DNA of 64,000 nucleotides from the human T2T-CHM13v2.0 reference genome, Homo sapiens (GCF_009914755.1 NC_060929.1); one strand, 5' to 3'. Numbered from the stretch's first letter, positions 1 through 14,160 are shown. Numbers and translations are program-made. The notes: a model not told the origin generated them from the letters alone.

Positions 1-464
1 ACCGATCATCAAAAAACAAAATCTAAAATTAGGTTATACATTTTTCATCATGTCAGACAAATAAATTCACAGCTCACTAAATGTTCTTTCTTACACTTCA
101 AACAGCTTATAAAATCCCACCTCCTTTAAATAAGGTTCTCCAATAATGGGAAGTAAGATGGAGAATCCACCATCCATCGTAACTCAGTCCCCTTGGCATA
201 AACACTTAAACTCTACAAAGAAAACCATGCTAGTAACAGGAAAGCACAGAAGACATTTTCTTTGTCACTTTTGGCAGAGAGGAAAAAAAGAAGTCTTTTA
301 TACAAATCTGTTTAACTTTTTTAAATTAGAAGGTCAGAAAGGGCAGAGCTCACATTGTACAACATCAAGACATATACTCATCTCTCCAACTGGAGGGGTC
401 AAAGGAAGTTTTGGGGTATTTTCATGATAACTCTTCTACCCAAGTCCAAGTTAACATATGTAAG

Positions 465-527
465 TAGCACAGGGCCTGACTGACAGTAAGTACTCAATAA
501 ATATTTATTGAATACATGAATGAGTTA
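465..527 (+). mobile_element. L2/MIR 3' tail fragment
   Basis: agcacagggcctgac...cagtaagtactcaataaatatttattgaatacatgaatgag resembles the L2 3' terminus. Confidence 0.6.
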
Positions 528-743
528 AATCAATCCAGTGCTTTGATTTGGACCTCAGTGCCTCACAATGTCTGTCTCTCCCACACAGTTTCTTCAGTTT
601 CTGGCCCTTTTCCTCTAACTACAGGAATTAAAATCAAGTACAAGAGGTTGGACAAGGAAGAGGTGCCATATACCTAGAGTCCTTCTTTACTCTCCCAGCA
701 CAAATCTCTCCCCCCTCCTCATAATTTCAAAAGATACACATTA

Positions 744-1065
<322 letters not shown>

Positions 1066-1092
1066 GGGCAGACAACAGTTTCTACAACTTCA

Positions 1093-1290
1093 GATGGTTA
1101 AGACTTGCATCCAGAGTCAAAAGGACTGGATTTGAATCAATCATTTCACAACCCAACAGTCACATACTTAACCTCTGCTAACTCTAATAATCTCGTAAAC
1201 AGAATTGCCATAGGGCATCTCCCATTGAGTTGTAAGGATTAACAAGGATAATGCAAGTAAAGAATTCACATAATATAAACTTGGTAAAAT
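1093..1290 (+). mobile_element. MIR SINE fragment
   Basis: tggttaagac...agagtcaaaaggactggatttgaatc...acttaacctct...ttgtaaggattaa. Confidence 0.65.
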
Positions 1291-1934
1291 TGCTTTAAAT
1301 CAGTTAATTTGGCAAAAGATAGAAAAGATTATATGTTAATCTGGAGGAAATACCTAAATTTTCAGAATTTCATTTAAGAAACAAAATCATCAAGAAAAGC
1401 ATATATTTGCTCAATGATGTATTTGGATTAGTTTTGTTGAGGAGACTCAGTCTCTTGAAATATTAGGTAATTTGTACTTACCTAATATTGTGGAATTCAC
1501 TATATTCAGAGTATACATGAGTGAAATGAGGGCCTGACTGGGAGTAAATATTAAATGTAATTCAATTCACAAATGTTCACCACCAACTACATAGTAATGC
1601 ACACTTTCAAAAAAATAAAGGCCCTGTCTAGTATATCTGTGTTTGCAATGGTAGTGATGGTGGGATAATGTGCACAAGTATCCACAATAACATGAGATAA
1701 ATGCTAAAACGATTATGTAAAAATTGCCCTGGCTTCGAAGAAGAGAAAGCAATTGGTTTTATGTATTTGGATTCCCATTTGGTTCTACATAAAACGAAGA
1801 TAGAGGATACAAAAGGAGAGCCTTTCCAAAGATAATTCCAGAGATGGAAATGAGGTAGGGACCATTGTAAAGAAAAAAAAAATAGGGACAAGGGCCCAGA
1901 GATGTGAATGTACAAAGTATATGAGAGAATAAAA

Positions 1935-2045
1935 AAGTGCAGGTATCAAATTCTGGCTTTGCCCTAGACAGCACTATTAACAGTTGGTCACATTATTTAA
2001 CCTTCTGTATCTCAGTTTTATTATCTGTAAAATGGAAATTAGATT
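1935..2045 (+). mobile_element. MIR core fragment
   Basis: ttatttaaccttctgtatctcagttttattatctgtaaaatgg. Confidence 0.7.
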
Positions 2046-2387
2046 ATTAGGCTAAGGCTTTCTCATAAATAAGGTCATTCTCCTAAAAATGTAAGGTATC
2101 ATTGTTAAGACATAACTTTTTTCAGATTCCTTTTAACCTCAGGTTTTAATATTTTAAATATAAATAAGTCTTTAAAATTAAGAAATCTAAACTTGTGATA
2201 TTTAAAGTTTATTTTTTAAAGTTTTGAGGATATTTTAATTTTTACTCATAGCATTTAAATTCTGCTGCCTTTTAAACTTATTTCAGAGTACCCAGGGCTT
2301 TTAGTGGTTTACATCATTCATCTACATGATACTTGTGAGTGACATGATCCATAACAGCCAAATACCAGGGATTAACATTCAAGTCAA

Positions 2388-3620
2388 CGCTTCCAGTTCC
2401 AGGGCAAGATGGTGTATTCTATTCCTCCTGCTAAGAACAGCTAAAAACTCTGGACATTATTTATAAAACAAACACATGAAGACTCTGACTCTTTGGCTAG
2501 AAAGAGCAGTATTTCCTTGGGGCTTTTTTATCTGCATGCATTGGTGTTTCCAGGTTATCTGCTAATGTAGCACCTAGTCTGCAATATAGGAAGCAAAAAG
2601 AAAATCCAGAGAATTCATTGCTCTGTTGCTCCTCTGGTTCCTAGGAAAATCTCAACTTAAATAAGAAAAGACAATCAAGAGATAACACAGATTTTAGAAT
2701 TATTTGACAAAAACTGTAAATCAACCATCATAAAAATGCTTTAACAATTATAGACATACTTGAAGCAAACAAACAAACACTCTCAGTAAATAAGTAGATG
2801 ATATAAAGAAGAACCACATGGAAGTTTTTGAACTAAAAAATACAATACATAACCAAAACGAAAAAGTCATTGGATGATCTCAACAGCAGAATGAAGGCAA
2901 GACAGAGGAGTCAGTGAACCTGAAGATAGAATAAAAAGTACCCAATCTGAAAAACAGAGAAAATGAACTGAAATAAAAGAACATAACCTTAGACACCTAC
3001 GTGACTATGACAGAAAATTTAATGTTCATGTTATCAGAATTCCAGAAAGACAGGAGAAAGAATATAGGACTAAAACGGTATTTAAAGAAAAAATGGAAGA
3101 AATGTCCCCAAATTTGGTAAAAGACATAAACCTACAAATTCAAGATGAGCGAATGTTAAACATGAAAAACCCAAAGAAATACATGTCAGGAAATAACATA
3201 ACCAAATTCCTAAAAACGAAAGGCGAAAATAATCCTGAAAGCAGTAAGATCTCTCTACAACTCAAATTTAAGACACAATTTGAATGACATCAGATTTCTC
3301 ATCAGAAACCATGTAAGCCAGATGGAAGTAGGGCAATATTTTTCAAGTGCTAAAAGAAAAGAACTGTCAGCCAGAGTTCTATATCCAGAAAAAAAATATC
3401 CTTCAGGAATGAATAGGAATTAGATAAGAAAAACTTACAGAATTTTTTCCAAGCAGACCTACCCTAAAAGTATAAGAGAAAGCTCGTGAAATGAAATCCA
3501 AATGATTAAAGAAGGAATCTTGAAACATCAGGAAGAAAGAGCAACAGGAGAAGTAAAAATATGGATTAATACAATAGACTTTCCCTCTTCTCTTCAGTTT
3601 TCTAAATTATGTTTGACATC
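2388..3620 (+). mobile_element. Old L1M 5' end and ORF1 remnant
   Basis: cttccagttccagggcaagatgg 5'-end motif; ORF 3093-3287 (PNLVKDINLQIQD...KNPKK...KFLKTK) resembles L1 ORF1p; gatttctcatcagaaaccatg...ttcaagtgctaaaagaaaagaactgtca is ORF1 C-terminal sequence. Confidence 0.8.
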
Positions 3621-5199
3621 AAGACAGTCAAGTCAGTCCAGGATGAGAAAAGTTCAAAGCCAGATTCAACCCAGAGTTAATGCTCCTTTTCCCATTTTTT
3701 TCCCTTTTCACCAGAAAATGGGTACACTAATCATTCCTTGGCCTAGAGACCTGTCTAACCCTCTGACCCTGCAACCACCATGACTAGACATGCCTTGCCC
3801 TGTTACAGCTTTAAGAAAGGGAGATTTCAGTCTTTGCTCCTGCTAGGGAGTGTATGAGACAAGCCAGGAATATATCTGACTGATATAAGAGCTCCGCACA
3901 TTATTTTTAAACATGAGAGGAACAAAATATTAAAAGTGAAGGCTCGTTTTATTTACTATCTGGTCAAACAAATATACTGCCTCATTCTGTACCAACATAT
4001 TAATTTATAGAAACATATCTAATCAGTATTACAAACAGCATCACGCACATTGATGATAAATTAAGACAATTCTACATTTAACTTATTCAAATAGTGAAGC
4101 TTGTTGCTCTGCAACCTTTGAAAGGCCATACACTTGTATAAGAGTACAGCCTACACTGTAAGAAAAAGAAAAAGGAGTTTTGCACCCCGGCCTTCGGGAT
4201 TGTTATCTTCTGGGTTTGGCCTCAGTTCATATTCCACTGCCCCAAACAAGATGCTCTAAGAAGCAGTACAGAGCTGAGAACTACAAAATATAAGCGACGT
4301 ATATTTTCTGGAACATGCTAGTAGAGGTTACCTGACCACAATTAGATATATTCTTGTACTAACAAAATATGCACACTAGGAAAGTCCTGCTGAGGGCTAC
4401 CACATTAGGACAGAGAAAGAACTCCTCTTCCCTTTATCCAAAAGTAAACAGCAACGAATGAAGAGATTGTAAAAATAGTAAGAAGGAGCTGACAGCTCTC
4501 CTACATCCAGGCAACACATTTTTGGCATGCAAGAAAAAAGTGACCTTATTATTTTTTAAGAACTGTTTCATATCCAAGAGCCCATATAAATCTCTTCAAA
4601 GGTTTTTAAGATGTTTAAAAGCCAGGAAATTTAGATGTTTCAGTACCATTAATGCTAACCTTGGCACTGCAACTGCTACCAATCAATTTTTTCCTTTTAG
4701 AAAGAATGCATAATTTTGATGAATGCTACAGCAAATTACACACTAAAAACGTAATTTTTCATGTGAATGGGGCCAACGTCTCTTGGCATGCTTGTCATCA
4801 CAATATAGCTGCTAATCTTCAAATACAGTTATTAACAACTTCAGAAAATCATTCAGAAGACCAATTCTCCTTTTTAAGGTCAATGATTACCACAGTTAAT
4901 GACCAATTGGCTTTAGCCATTAATGTTCTGACCTTTACATCATTTTTTAAACTAACAAGGCAATAAATAATTATTAATAATGGCCCATTTTGAAGGATGT
5001 TTTTTAGTGACCATCTATGCTCACTGAAAACATAATTGTGTTGTGTTTTATATAATCACTTGCTGGTTTTTACTTGTTTTCTTACTGCAGCTGGTAGTGT
5101 TTTATAATTAATATAGGAATAAGAGTAGAGGATGAAGAGATAGAAATTCTGACAAACTCTAGTGGCATTTAAAAAATAAACACAGTAAAACATGTATTG

Positions 5200-5940
5200 G
5201 GTTAGAATATATAAAAAGTACTGAAAGATACAAAATGAAAAGTTAAAGCCATCTTTCTCTTACATTCTCCAAAGGCAAACACTGTTATGTTTCTTGTACT
5301 TGCTTATAAATTGTTTAATGCAAATGCTCATGTATGGTATATGTACTTGTTTATTTTTCCTTTTGATTTTACATAACAGTTTCATACTTGATACATTCTT
5401 TGCAGCTTTTTTTACTTAAAATATCTTGGGGAACCTTCCACATCAGCATGCATAGATCTCATTTATTTAATAGCTACACAGTATTCTATCACATGAAAAT
5501 ACAAAATTATATAATCAATTCCATATTGATAGATATCTAAGTTATTGCCTATTTTTGTTGTTTTGTTATTGCAAAAAATACTTCAACAAATATCCTTGTA
5601 GATATATTTTGAAAAACTAGCGCCAATTATCTGCAATAATTTCTTGCAGTCCAACTCTCAGATTAAAAAATATGGGCCATTTTAATTATGAGAGATTTAT
5701 TTATACTGTCTTTGAGAAAAACTGCACTGATTGATACCAGCCATTGAAAAGAGTGTCCCTTGCTTCATGCTCCTGCCATCACCAGAAATTATCAAACTTA
5801 TTTTTGCCAACCTGCAGGGTAAAAAATACCTCAATGAGGTTTTTGCTTGGAGTTCTTTCATTATTAATAAGGGTGTAAACCTTCTCATATGTTTATTCCA
5901 AGATGGTATTTTCAGTTATTATTATTTTCTTATGTAGACA
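5200..5940 (-). mobile_element. Old L1ME-type 3' region fragments
   Basis: Reverse-orientation L1ME 3' motifs such as ttccacatcagc...tttaatagctacacagtattct...ttgcctatttttg and tttttgccaacctg; heavily diverged. Confidence 0.6.
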
Positions 5941-6289
5941 GAGTAGGAAAATTAAGTCTGTTCCCTTTCATTTTGGGCCTTAAAAGATTACAGACACTTA
6001 AATGCTTGTCCTCTTATCAGATGAATCAAGTAACAGTTTAATAGAAATCTTCCTACAGCCAGACTTCATTATTCTGACACAATCTAATGTCTGGTTTTCA
6101 AAATTCATAAGATTTCCTGAAACTGAGCCAAGAGAAGTTGGCAACAGGACAAGCAGGTTACAAACAGAAGAATGTAGACTGCAAACACAACATGCAGTAG
6201 CTTTCCTTTAGCTATAATCATAGACAATTTGCTACCCTGTTATACATAACACACATTTCTCCACATTATATAAACTCTTCGTAAAGCTC

Positions 6290-6750
6290 AATAATATTCC
6301 ATCAATCCTATATAAATTGTTTTATAAGTTTTTATTCTTTATATAAATAACATATTGTATAGTTCTACAATTTGCTTTTATCTTTTCATTCAATATTATG
6401 TGGCTGAGATATAGACATATTCATTGATACATGTAGATCTATTCCATTAATTTTAACCACTTCCCATTATTTAATATACAGTGATTTATCAATTCTCTTA
6501 TGTATTTTTATTACAAACAATGATATAATGAACATTCTTGACATGTCTCTTTGAACACATGGACAATAACCATGATAAGATCTGTATATGCAGATATGTG
6601 TGTACCTAGAAGTGGAATTGCTGAGTCTTAACGAAGCTTTTGCACGGGTGTTGGAGACAATATAAAGAAAAGAGAACTTTTCCAATATTGGTGAGAATAT
6701 AAATTTTCATAAGCACTTTGGAGAACAATTTGCCAATATCTTGTAAAGTG
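6290..6750. mobile_element. Old L1ME fragments
   Basis: ttacaaacaatgatataatgaacattcttg...atacctagaagtggaattgctgagtc on the - strand, followed by a short + piece (cactttggagaacaatttgccaatatct). Confidence 0.6.
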
Positions 6751-8250
6751 TCTTCATCTGTAACTATAAACTAGTTTATCACTAAGATTCCTTCTAGTCT
6801 TGTAATTTTATAACTGGGGGGTTTCTTGTTATCAGGTGTAAAACTGGCTTAAGTGTATTCAGAGCAATTAAGCTGCAATGGAAAACATACCAATGCATGA
6901 TTGAAGAAAAGTGCTTTACAAGGTTAAAAAACATCATTCGTACAAAATTAAATCAGCAGCCTCTTTGTTAAGACAAAATGCTATGTTGTTTAAAAAAAAA
7001 AGAAACTAATTCTGAAAAACCAGAATTCTCTAAGAGTATTATTTTCAAATTGCTTCTAAAATTTCTGGAACAAACAAAATGACTAAAATCAGGTAAAAAC
7101 ATAGTAAGATAGTTGGTGTGAATTCCAGTAGTCATTGGTTATCTGTAAGTTGGCAATGCACATATGCCTAGGAACCTAATACCATTTAAATATGTTCTAC
7201 TACACATAGAAAGATACATGAACACATATAAGACCATCCTTGGCTTCAGTTTGAGGGCAAAATGTCACAGAAATAACTATAGCCCACAAGAGCTGTATAC
7301 ATACCAAATTTCTCTGACAGCAGAGAGGCAAACATTATTTCACCCCAAAGCTGGGTAAAAGGTACTGCTGCCATTCCTTATGCTCTAATTGAAAAATTCT
7401 CAAATTCTCATTATGCACAGCATATCTGGACCATCATCCACATGAATCAGTTACACCTATACTCTTAGAAAAGGCTGATGTGAAGATGTTCTGAGGCCCC
7501 CAAGTAGAATCTGTGGATCCTCTAAAGGATTTACGATTCTGTATCAATGATCTGAGAGATTCCAAAGAACTGCAATAATAAAGCACCCTCAGCAAGTTAA
7601 AGCAGATTACCATATCAATAAAGCATTCTCAAAACAAACATTCAAAATTGTAACCGCATGATCAAAGTAACTGTTAAAGTTAATGAAGAGAAGAAAAGCT
7701 TTCCCAACCTGTACTATATGAAAATTTCCTTGTAAGACAGGTTCCATGAATCACAGAAAAGGTACTTTATTCTAGGGAAAAAAGGTGATTTTTTTTTAAA
7801 TTTTTATTTCTGTCCTGAGCAGGTTTTCTGCAATGGTAATTCTGGTATTTATGCATGTAGAATGGTTCTTTGAATACTGTCTCCAAATGATTCATACCTG
7901 CTAAATGTATTATTTTTAAATCTTTTCTCATGTTTGTTAAAGCATGAAATACCACCTCTCCACTCAAAGTTCTTCAGATTACAGGAATACTATTCATCAT
8001 TTAATGGTTCTTTCAATGTCATATGTCTTACCAATATATCTCATAAAATTATATTCCTCTCTCTTCTTTGTTCTCTTTACAAGAGGAAAATGAATAAATT
8101 AGCTTACATCCTGCCACCAGCTGACTCCCCTACTCAGCCCATTCTCCTTGGTTCTAACATTCCGCATTAACCATCAGGGATAATTAGAACTAACAATAAT
8201 TTAAGAAGTAAGTACGCAAATATAGCAAATAATTAAAAATGTTTAAAGTG

Positions 8251-8533
8251 GGCTGGGTGCAGTAGCCTATACCTATAATCATAGCACTTTGGGAGGCCAA
8301 GGTGGATGGATGGCTTAAGCCCAGGAGTTCAAGACCAGCCTGGGCAACAAGGTGAAACCCCATCTCTACTAAAAATATAAAAATTAGCCAGGCATGGTGG
8401 TGGGTGCCTGCAAACCCAGCTATTTGAGAGACTGGGCTGAGAGGATCACTTGAGCCTGGGAGGCTGAGGTTGCAGTGAGTGGAGTGGGAGGCCACAGAGC
8501 AAGACCCTGTCTCAAAAAAAGAAAAGAAAAGAA
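8251..8533 (+). mobile_element. AluJ-type SINE
   Basis: ggctgggtgcagtagc... to agaccctgtctcaaaaaaagaaaag; J-type gaggatcacttgagcctggg; small deletion in the right arm. Confidence 0.93.
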
Positions 8534-11500
8534 ACTGTAAAGAGGTATCCACATACAAGTTATACCTTAATAGATGTGCAATCACCTTTTCACACAGTAT
8601 AGGTATTCTTATGTAAGCTCGTATTTTGAATCATAGAAACAATTAAGACATGAATAAGTTTTACAAAATCTTAAACTTCAAATTTAAAGAATTTTCAAGT
8701 TGCATTATATACTAAAGAAACTTACTGGTAAATGAGATAATTATGCCTTTTGACAAATGTAAACTGTGCTTCTAGAAAAGAAAGAATGAACAAGATTTTC
8801 CCCAAAATCACAACATATTCAAGGCAATTTCCCTATTTAAGCTTGAACTGTATAAATCATATATTCTCTGGTATTTTAGAGGAGACAAGAAAGCAACTGC
8901 AAATTTCTAAAATTCTCTGCCTATGGTCTCTTCCCTATCAATTCCCAACTATACAGAAAACTGTCCCGAATGCTTTCCTTTTCTCCACTGTTTAAGTCAT
9001 TGCTGGGACTAAGTTTGCTGATCTGCTAAGGATCAGAAATCATCATCAGGATATTCTGTAGGCATCATTTATTCCCAAGAGATGAAATGAACAGTGGGAG
9101 AAAATGAAAATCATAAATGCCTCTAATTTCCCAAGATGCTCATTTAACTCTGTAATATTAAAGAGTAATAGATTTCTATTTAATTGTATTGCAAGGATGC
9201 TACAATATGCTAATTTGTAGAATATTTAATAATTTAAGTCATAATTTCACACAAATATATATTTTCCCCCACAAAGGTGAGCTAAATAATCATGGTAAAA
9301 CAAAGGACAGCCCTACCCTCTGCTTTCTTTAATAGGGCTCTTAGAAGCACTGCATTAAGACCTTCAGAAAAATCATTGAGTGTCAATGTTTAAGTTAATC
9401 CCAATGTCTTAAACTGCCTATCTACATACACACCACTCAATCACAATTTACTGTAATATGACACTATGCAATCTGCACAATAAAGTTATTGCTTTACATA
9501 CGTATCTACGATGCTGGAAATAATTTAGTATGGCTTTAGTGAGTGTACAAAGGGCTCATACAACTTGATGGAAAAGAGCATTAAGTAAGTATTATCTCCA
9601 TCAAAGAAATTAATCAATCTGGAGGAAAAGTACACAAACACAGACCTACATACACATACATACATACACACATAATTTGTCGTTTATTTTTCAACATAAT
9701 AAAATACATTTTTTGCAAATCCTGAAAAACATTAAGATAGACCATAATCATAGCAGAATATAATTATTCTAAAAATAGAAGTATGTTACTGTGTACTGAA
9801 AGCTCAGCATGCAGCATATTTTAATATATACATACACCGTAACATGGATTTTCACTTTTTCATTTGGTTGTTCCTATCTTATCTTTGTAGTATTTTACAA
9901 AATCATAAATCTAAAAACTGACATGATTTTTTATGTTTGTTCAATGATCCCTACATTTTGACCAATTCAAAGCTAAATTCATAAAAGAGGAAGAACAGAT
10001 AGCAGGCTTTCTTTTCACTTTTTTAATAAAGTAATCTAATAACTGATTTTTAATTCATCATCAATAGGCTTTCCTGGTTTATGGAAATTTAACAGAATTC
10101 TTTTGGGTTCATAATTAGGCTTAATCTCAGGAGTCCTCTGGGCTTGCGTCCAAGGAAAAACTGACCAGATCCATGACATGATCTAGTTTCACTGCCTGCA
10201 AGCAACAAAGGCAGATGTCATTTCTAACAGGTGATCTGGTTCCTATTTCACATAAATATTATATATAGCCTTTCAGTAGTTTCACCTCTGCCCCATCACA
10301 GGTACTCAAAAAAACATTTGTTGAGGAAATTAGGGGAGGAAATTAGAGGAAAATTAGAACTAAAAATATAATGTCGATGAAAAGGTTTTGTTCCTGCCAA
10401 TTGAATTTCTCTACCTGGGATTCGACTTAGGTGAAATCCACCAAAGAAAATGCTGAACAAAGCAAGGCGTAAGGCAAGGGCAAAGATCACCAAGAGTAGA
10501 AACAGATAAAGGTCTAGAATAAAGCCAATTCTGCAAATCATAAGCAAGACCAAGATCAGTGGAAATATGAGCTGTACTATTAACCCAAGGCTTGAGGCAA
10601 AGCTCAGAGTCAAGAAGACTAAGAAAAGCCTGCTCTCCTGGCAGGTATTACATAGAATCTTCCATTTCGGTTATTTGCATATATCTCATCTCCTGACAAG
10701 ATCACAACTTCCTTGGAAGGATTATTGTCTAATTTACATTTACATCCCCTGCTATGCCTAGCACATTGCAGACATTCAATTAATATTAGGCAAATTAAGT
10801 ACTATGCCTTCTAAAGAAAATCAATGCTTATCTTGACATTCAAACAAAACATCAGCTAAAGTCAAGTCAAAATATTTATCATTGGGCAAAAGTTTATTTT
10901 TTTATTTATTTCATTTTATTAAAATTATATAGGCACCTGGCTTGAATTATCAAGTAACTCCAAAACGTTTGTTTAAAAAATAGCAGACTTGTCTTTCCAC
11001 ACCACCTCTACCCTATTTCCCCCTTCCCAGAGGTAAACATTTTCAGTTCTTTCATGATCATTTTGGAATTTACTTCCATATCTCCAAATACCATATCTCC
11101 AAATGTTTGTATTGCTACTTCTTGATTTCAAGTTTTAGGCATCTGACTTTTCAAATATGAAAATAAGGATGAAGCTGTATTTTCTCCACCCAGACCCAAC
11201 ATATACACAATCTTTCCTATGTAGTTGTATAATTTTAGTTAGATTCACATTTAGTCTTTACTTAGTTATGACTATATAAAAATATATTTTTATATTTATC
11301 ATTCCTATTATTCCTATTATACTATTCCTATTATTCCTTCTCCTTCCCTGCACAAGTTTTTGTTTACCTGAGGTAAATAAGTGTATTTTTTTTTGTTTCT
11401 GTTCTGTGTTTTCCTTACTTAGTTTTTTAAGCGTGTAACAAGAATTCAACACAAAATTCTTCACTAAAGGATATTTTTAAAGTTGTGTTGTGCATTATGA

Positions 11501-11719
11501 CAGTGGTGTCACTTTAGCATTTTCAGGAGCAACATAAATATTTAAATTGTTTTTAACTGTGTTTCAGTTACCAGCCTCTGGCTGAATAGGAGTCCATTAG
11601 GCTTGGATCACAAACTACCTGGGCTTTATATTGGTTACAGATATTTCGGATGTTACAGAACTTAACACTGATTAGCTATCACTTAAAAGTATTAAATTAT
11701 TTTAATGTGACGTAATGAA

Positions 11720-11860
11720 AACAGCACAACAAACAAAGACAGACAGATCCAATAGAGAATTCTGGCTTCACCCTAGCTGAACAGTTATTAATTTCTTTGA
11801 CCCTCAGTTTCCTTATCTATAAAACAGGGATTACTGGGAATATCATAAGTTGATTTCTGA
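11720..11860 (+). mobile_element. MIR fragment
   Basis: aagttattaatttctttgaccctcagtttccttatctataaaacagggatta. Confidence 0.65.
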
Positions 11861-12059
11861 TTACTCATTGAATAATTTAATGATAACAAAGGACTTGGAT
11901 AAAATATTCCATAAGCATACATCCACCATGATGAAACACAGAATTGATTAAATCTTACCAAGGCCGTAAATGACAAAGGGAGGATCTTTAGGGTAAATAC
12001 TGAGAACAAATGAGCGAGAGTCATTTGAGCTCCAAAGTTCAGGAAGAGTAGCAAAGGAA

Positions 12060-12260
12060 GATAATAATTATCATTATTATTAACTGAATAATTTCTATTT
12101 ATCAGGTGCTATCTCATGTAATCCTCATTGTCAGCAGCTGTGATGTAATCTTGTCCACTTTACAGATGAGAAACAGAGGCAGTGACTAAATCCTTTCCAG
12201 GTTCACAGATACTAAAGTGGCAGAACCAAGAAACCAGGAATTCTCATGCCAAAATATGTG
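12060..12260 (-). mobile_element. MIR fragment
   Basis: atctcatgtaatcctca...ccactttacagatgagaaacagaggc...aggttcacagatactaaagtggcagaacc. Confidence 0.7.
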
Positions 12261-12587
12261 CCCAGGTGGACTCAGTCACGACCTGATAATGTCTTCCATA
12301 AGGATTTAAATGGGCAAAATGATCTTAAATTGTTCACATACATATTGTATTATAATTTTTTTGAAAGAAAGACCTGTTGGTACCTGGACCGAGGAACTAA
12401 GAGTAATCCTATGACGTTGTGTATGCTTTGTTAAAGGTAGCAGAAAAATTATGTTTGCATCAACCTGCATCTCCCCAGACCAGTCATACCTTGATCTCAA
12501 AGACTGATCACATTAAGGATGCTGAGGCAGGCGTGCCAGCAACTGTGGGGATGCAAATTACATCACAAGGTTATGATACATAGAGCA

Positions 12588-12938
12588 TACTATAAACTGA
12601 ATTGTGCCGCTCCAAAATTCTTACATTAAAGCCCTAACTCCCTAACTCCAGACTGTATCTGGAGATAGGGTCTTTGGAATGTAATTAAGATTAAGTAAGG
12701 TCATAATGGTGGGGCCATGATTCAACAGGGCCGTGGCTTTAGAAGCTCTCTCTGCTATGTGATGACATAGCAAGAAAGCAGTCATCTGAAAGCCAGAAGA
12801 GTGCCCTCACCAGAAATCAAACCCTGCCAGACCTTGATCTTGGACTTTTTATCCTCCAGAGTTCTGAGAAAATAAATTTCTGTTGTTTAGGCCACCCAGT
12901 CTATGGTATTTCATTATGGCAGCCTTAGCAGACGAATA
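12588..12938 (+). mobile_element. MLT1A-family (ERVL-MaLR) solo LTR
   Basis: ctgaattgtgcc...ccaaaattc...tggagatagggtcttt...accttgatcttggactt...gagaaaataaatttctgttgttta...tatggtatttcattatggcagcc. Confidence 0.85.
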
Positions 12939-13949
12939 TGAAACATGAACTTAAAAGGAACAAAGTTAGTTTTCTTCTTCTTTCTACCCTTTCATATGTT
13001 GGGGTAAAAAAACAGGTACGAAAGAAGCACTCAGTTGTTGAAAAGAAAAATAATGTGAGATTCCTAGAAGTAGAATAGGTTCAAAGAAAAAAATACAAAA
13101 TTTCTGTTTGTTATTCATTAAGGAGATTAAGTTGCATATGAAGACCAGAGTTGGGTCAAAAAACCTGGGCTCTAAGGAGGCTCAGTCTCTTATTAGGTAG
13201 ATGCCCACTGGCCAAGTCATTTAACCTTTCCATTTCCTCAGTTTAATTAAGGAAGTCAGGATAAATGGCCTTTAACATTTTTTTTTTTTTTTTTTTTGCT
13301 AAAACACTCTAGGATCTTACAATCTAGCTGGTGGAAAGCTAGTCAACAGAAGAGTATACCCAGGATATATTGCTGAAGTGATAACACACAGAGAATTTAA
13401 AAGAAATTCCAAATTAGATCTGAGAAACCAATAGAAAAACTAAACATAATAAACATAATAGATAAAGCTAGACATAATAAAAGCTGTAATATGCTTTATC
13501 CAGGGCCCTCATATTTCCAAGGCAGTCTATAGATCATAGTGAAAGCAATTATACAATTTCCATTTAAATAACAAGTGTCTGTGCGTTAAAAGTGGCAGGT
13601 TTTTTCTCCCTTGAACAATAAGTCTTCGGCGACTATCAGCTATTTTCAAAGCACAATTAGAATTGAAGAAAAGACAGCACAAACAATACTGTTTTTCAAG
13701 CTATGAGAATCAGGAATTGAAGAGATCTGATATAAGAGGAAATCAGGTACAAAGAAACTATGTTGGTTAAAAATATATATACCACAATCCATAAAAAATG
13801 TCTATCGATATGGGATATGATGGTTTTGTGGAAATCTTTGACTTAAAAGTTCTAAAAAGCTAAAACTATGAAGCTCATTTTATTATGAAAACTGAAATTG
13901 AGAATTGATTTCAAAGCATTCAGAGGATTCCAATGTTTTAAAAACATAA

Positions 13950-14160
13950 TGTATCCTCAATGTAGCTGTAGTGAGGCAGACAGAGAGCCCTGGAAGTAAA
14001 GTTGTTTACATTCCTGACCTGCCAGCTGCTGGCTGTACTATCAGGTCTAACACACTTAACCTCTCTTAGCCTTTTAGTTTCACCCACACAGCCTCAGTTA
14101 GAAATGAATATGACTAATGGGGCTTTGTGAAAGGGCTTTGTAAAAATGTTGCTTGAAAAA
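13950..14160 (+). mobile_element. MIR fragment
   Basis: gtagtgaggcagacagagccctgg...cacacttaacctctcttagccttttagtttc. Confidence 0.5.

Noticed and set aside
3660-3900. Possible ancient LTR fragment
   Set aside because: Composition is suggestive, but I cannot match it to a family or define its ends.
8190-8585. 131-aa minus-strand ORF, and similar ORFs at 741, 16530, 26610, 26911, 46717, 47469, 48280 and 48380
   Set aside because: These are translations of antisense Alu sequence (for example GFHHVGQAGLELL- and SQSAGITG-type motifs), not genes.
10296-10613. 105-aa hydrophobic ORF resembling a membrane protein
   Set aside because: The hydrophobicity follows from reading an A/G-rich tract on the opposite strand; no ATG-based start support, family motif or splice context.
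11076-11340. 15-bp tandem (ccatatctccaaata) and attcctatt repeats
   Set aside because: Ordinary short slippage duplications in degenerate AT-rich sequence.
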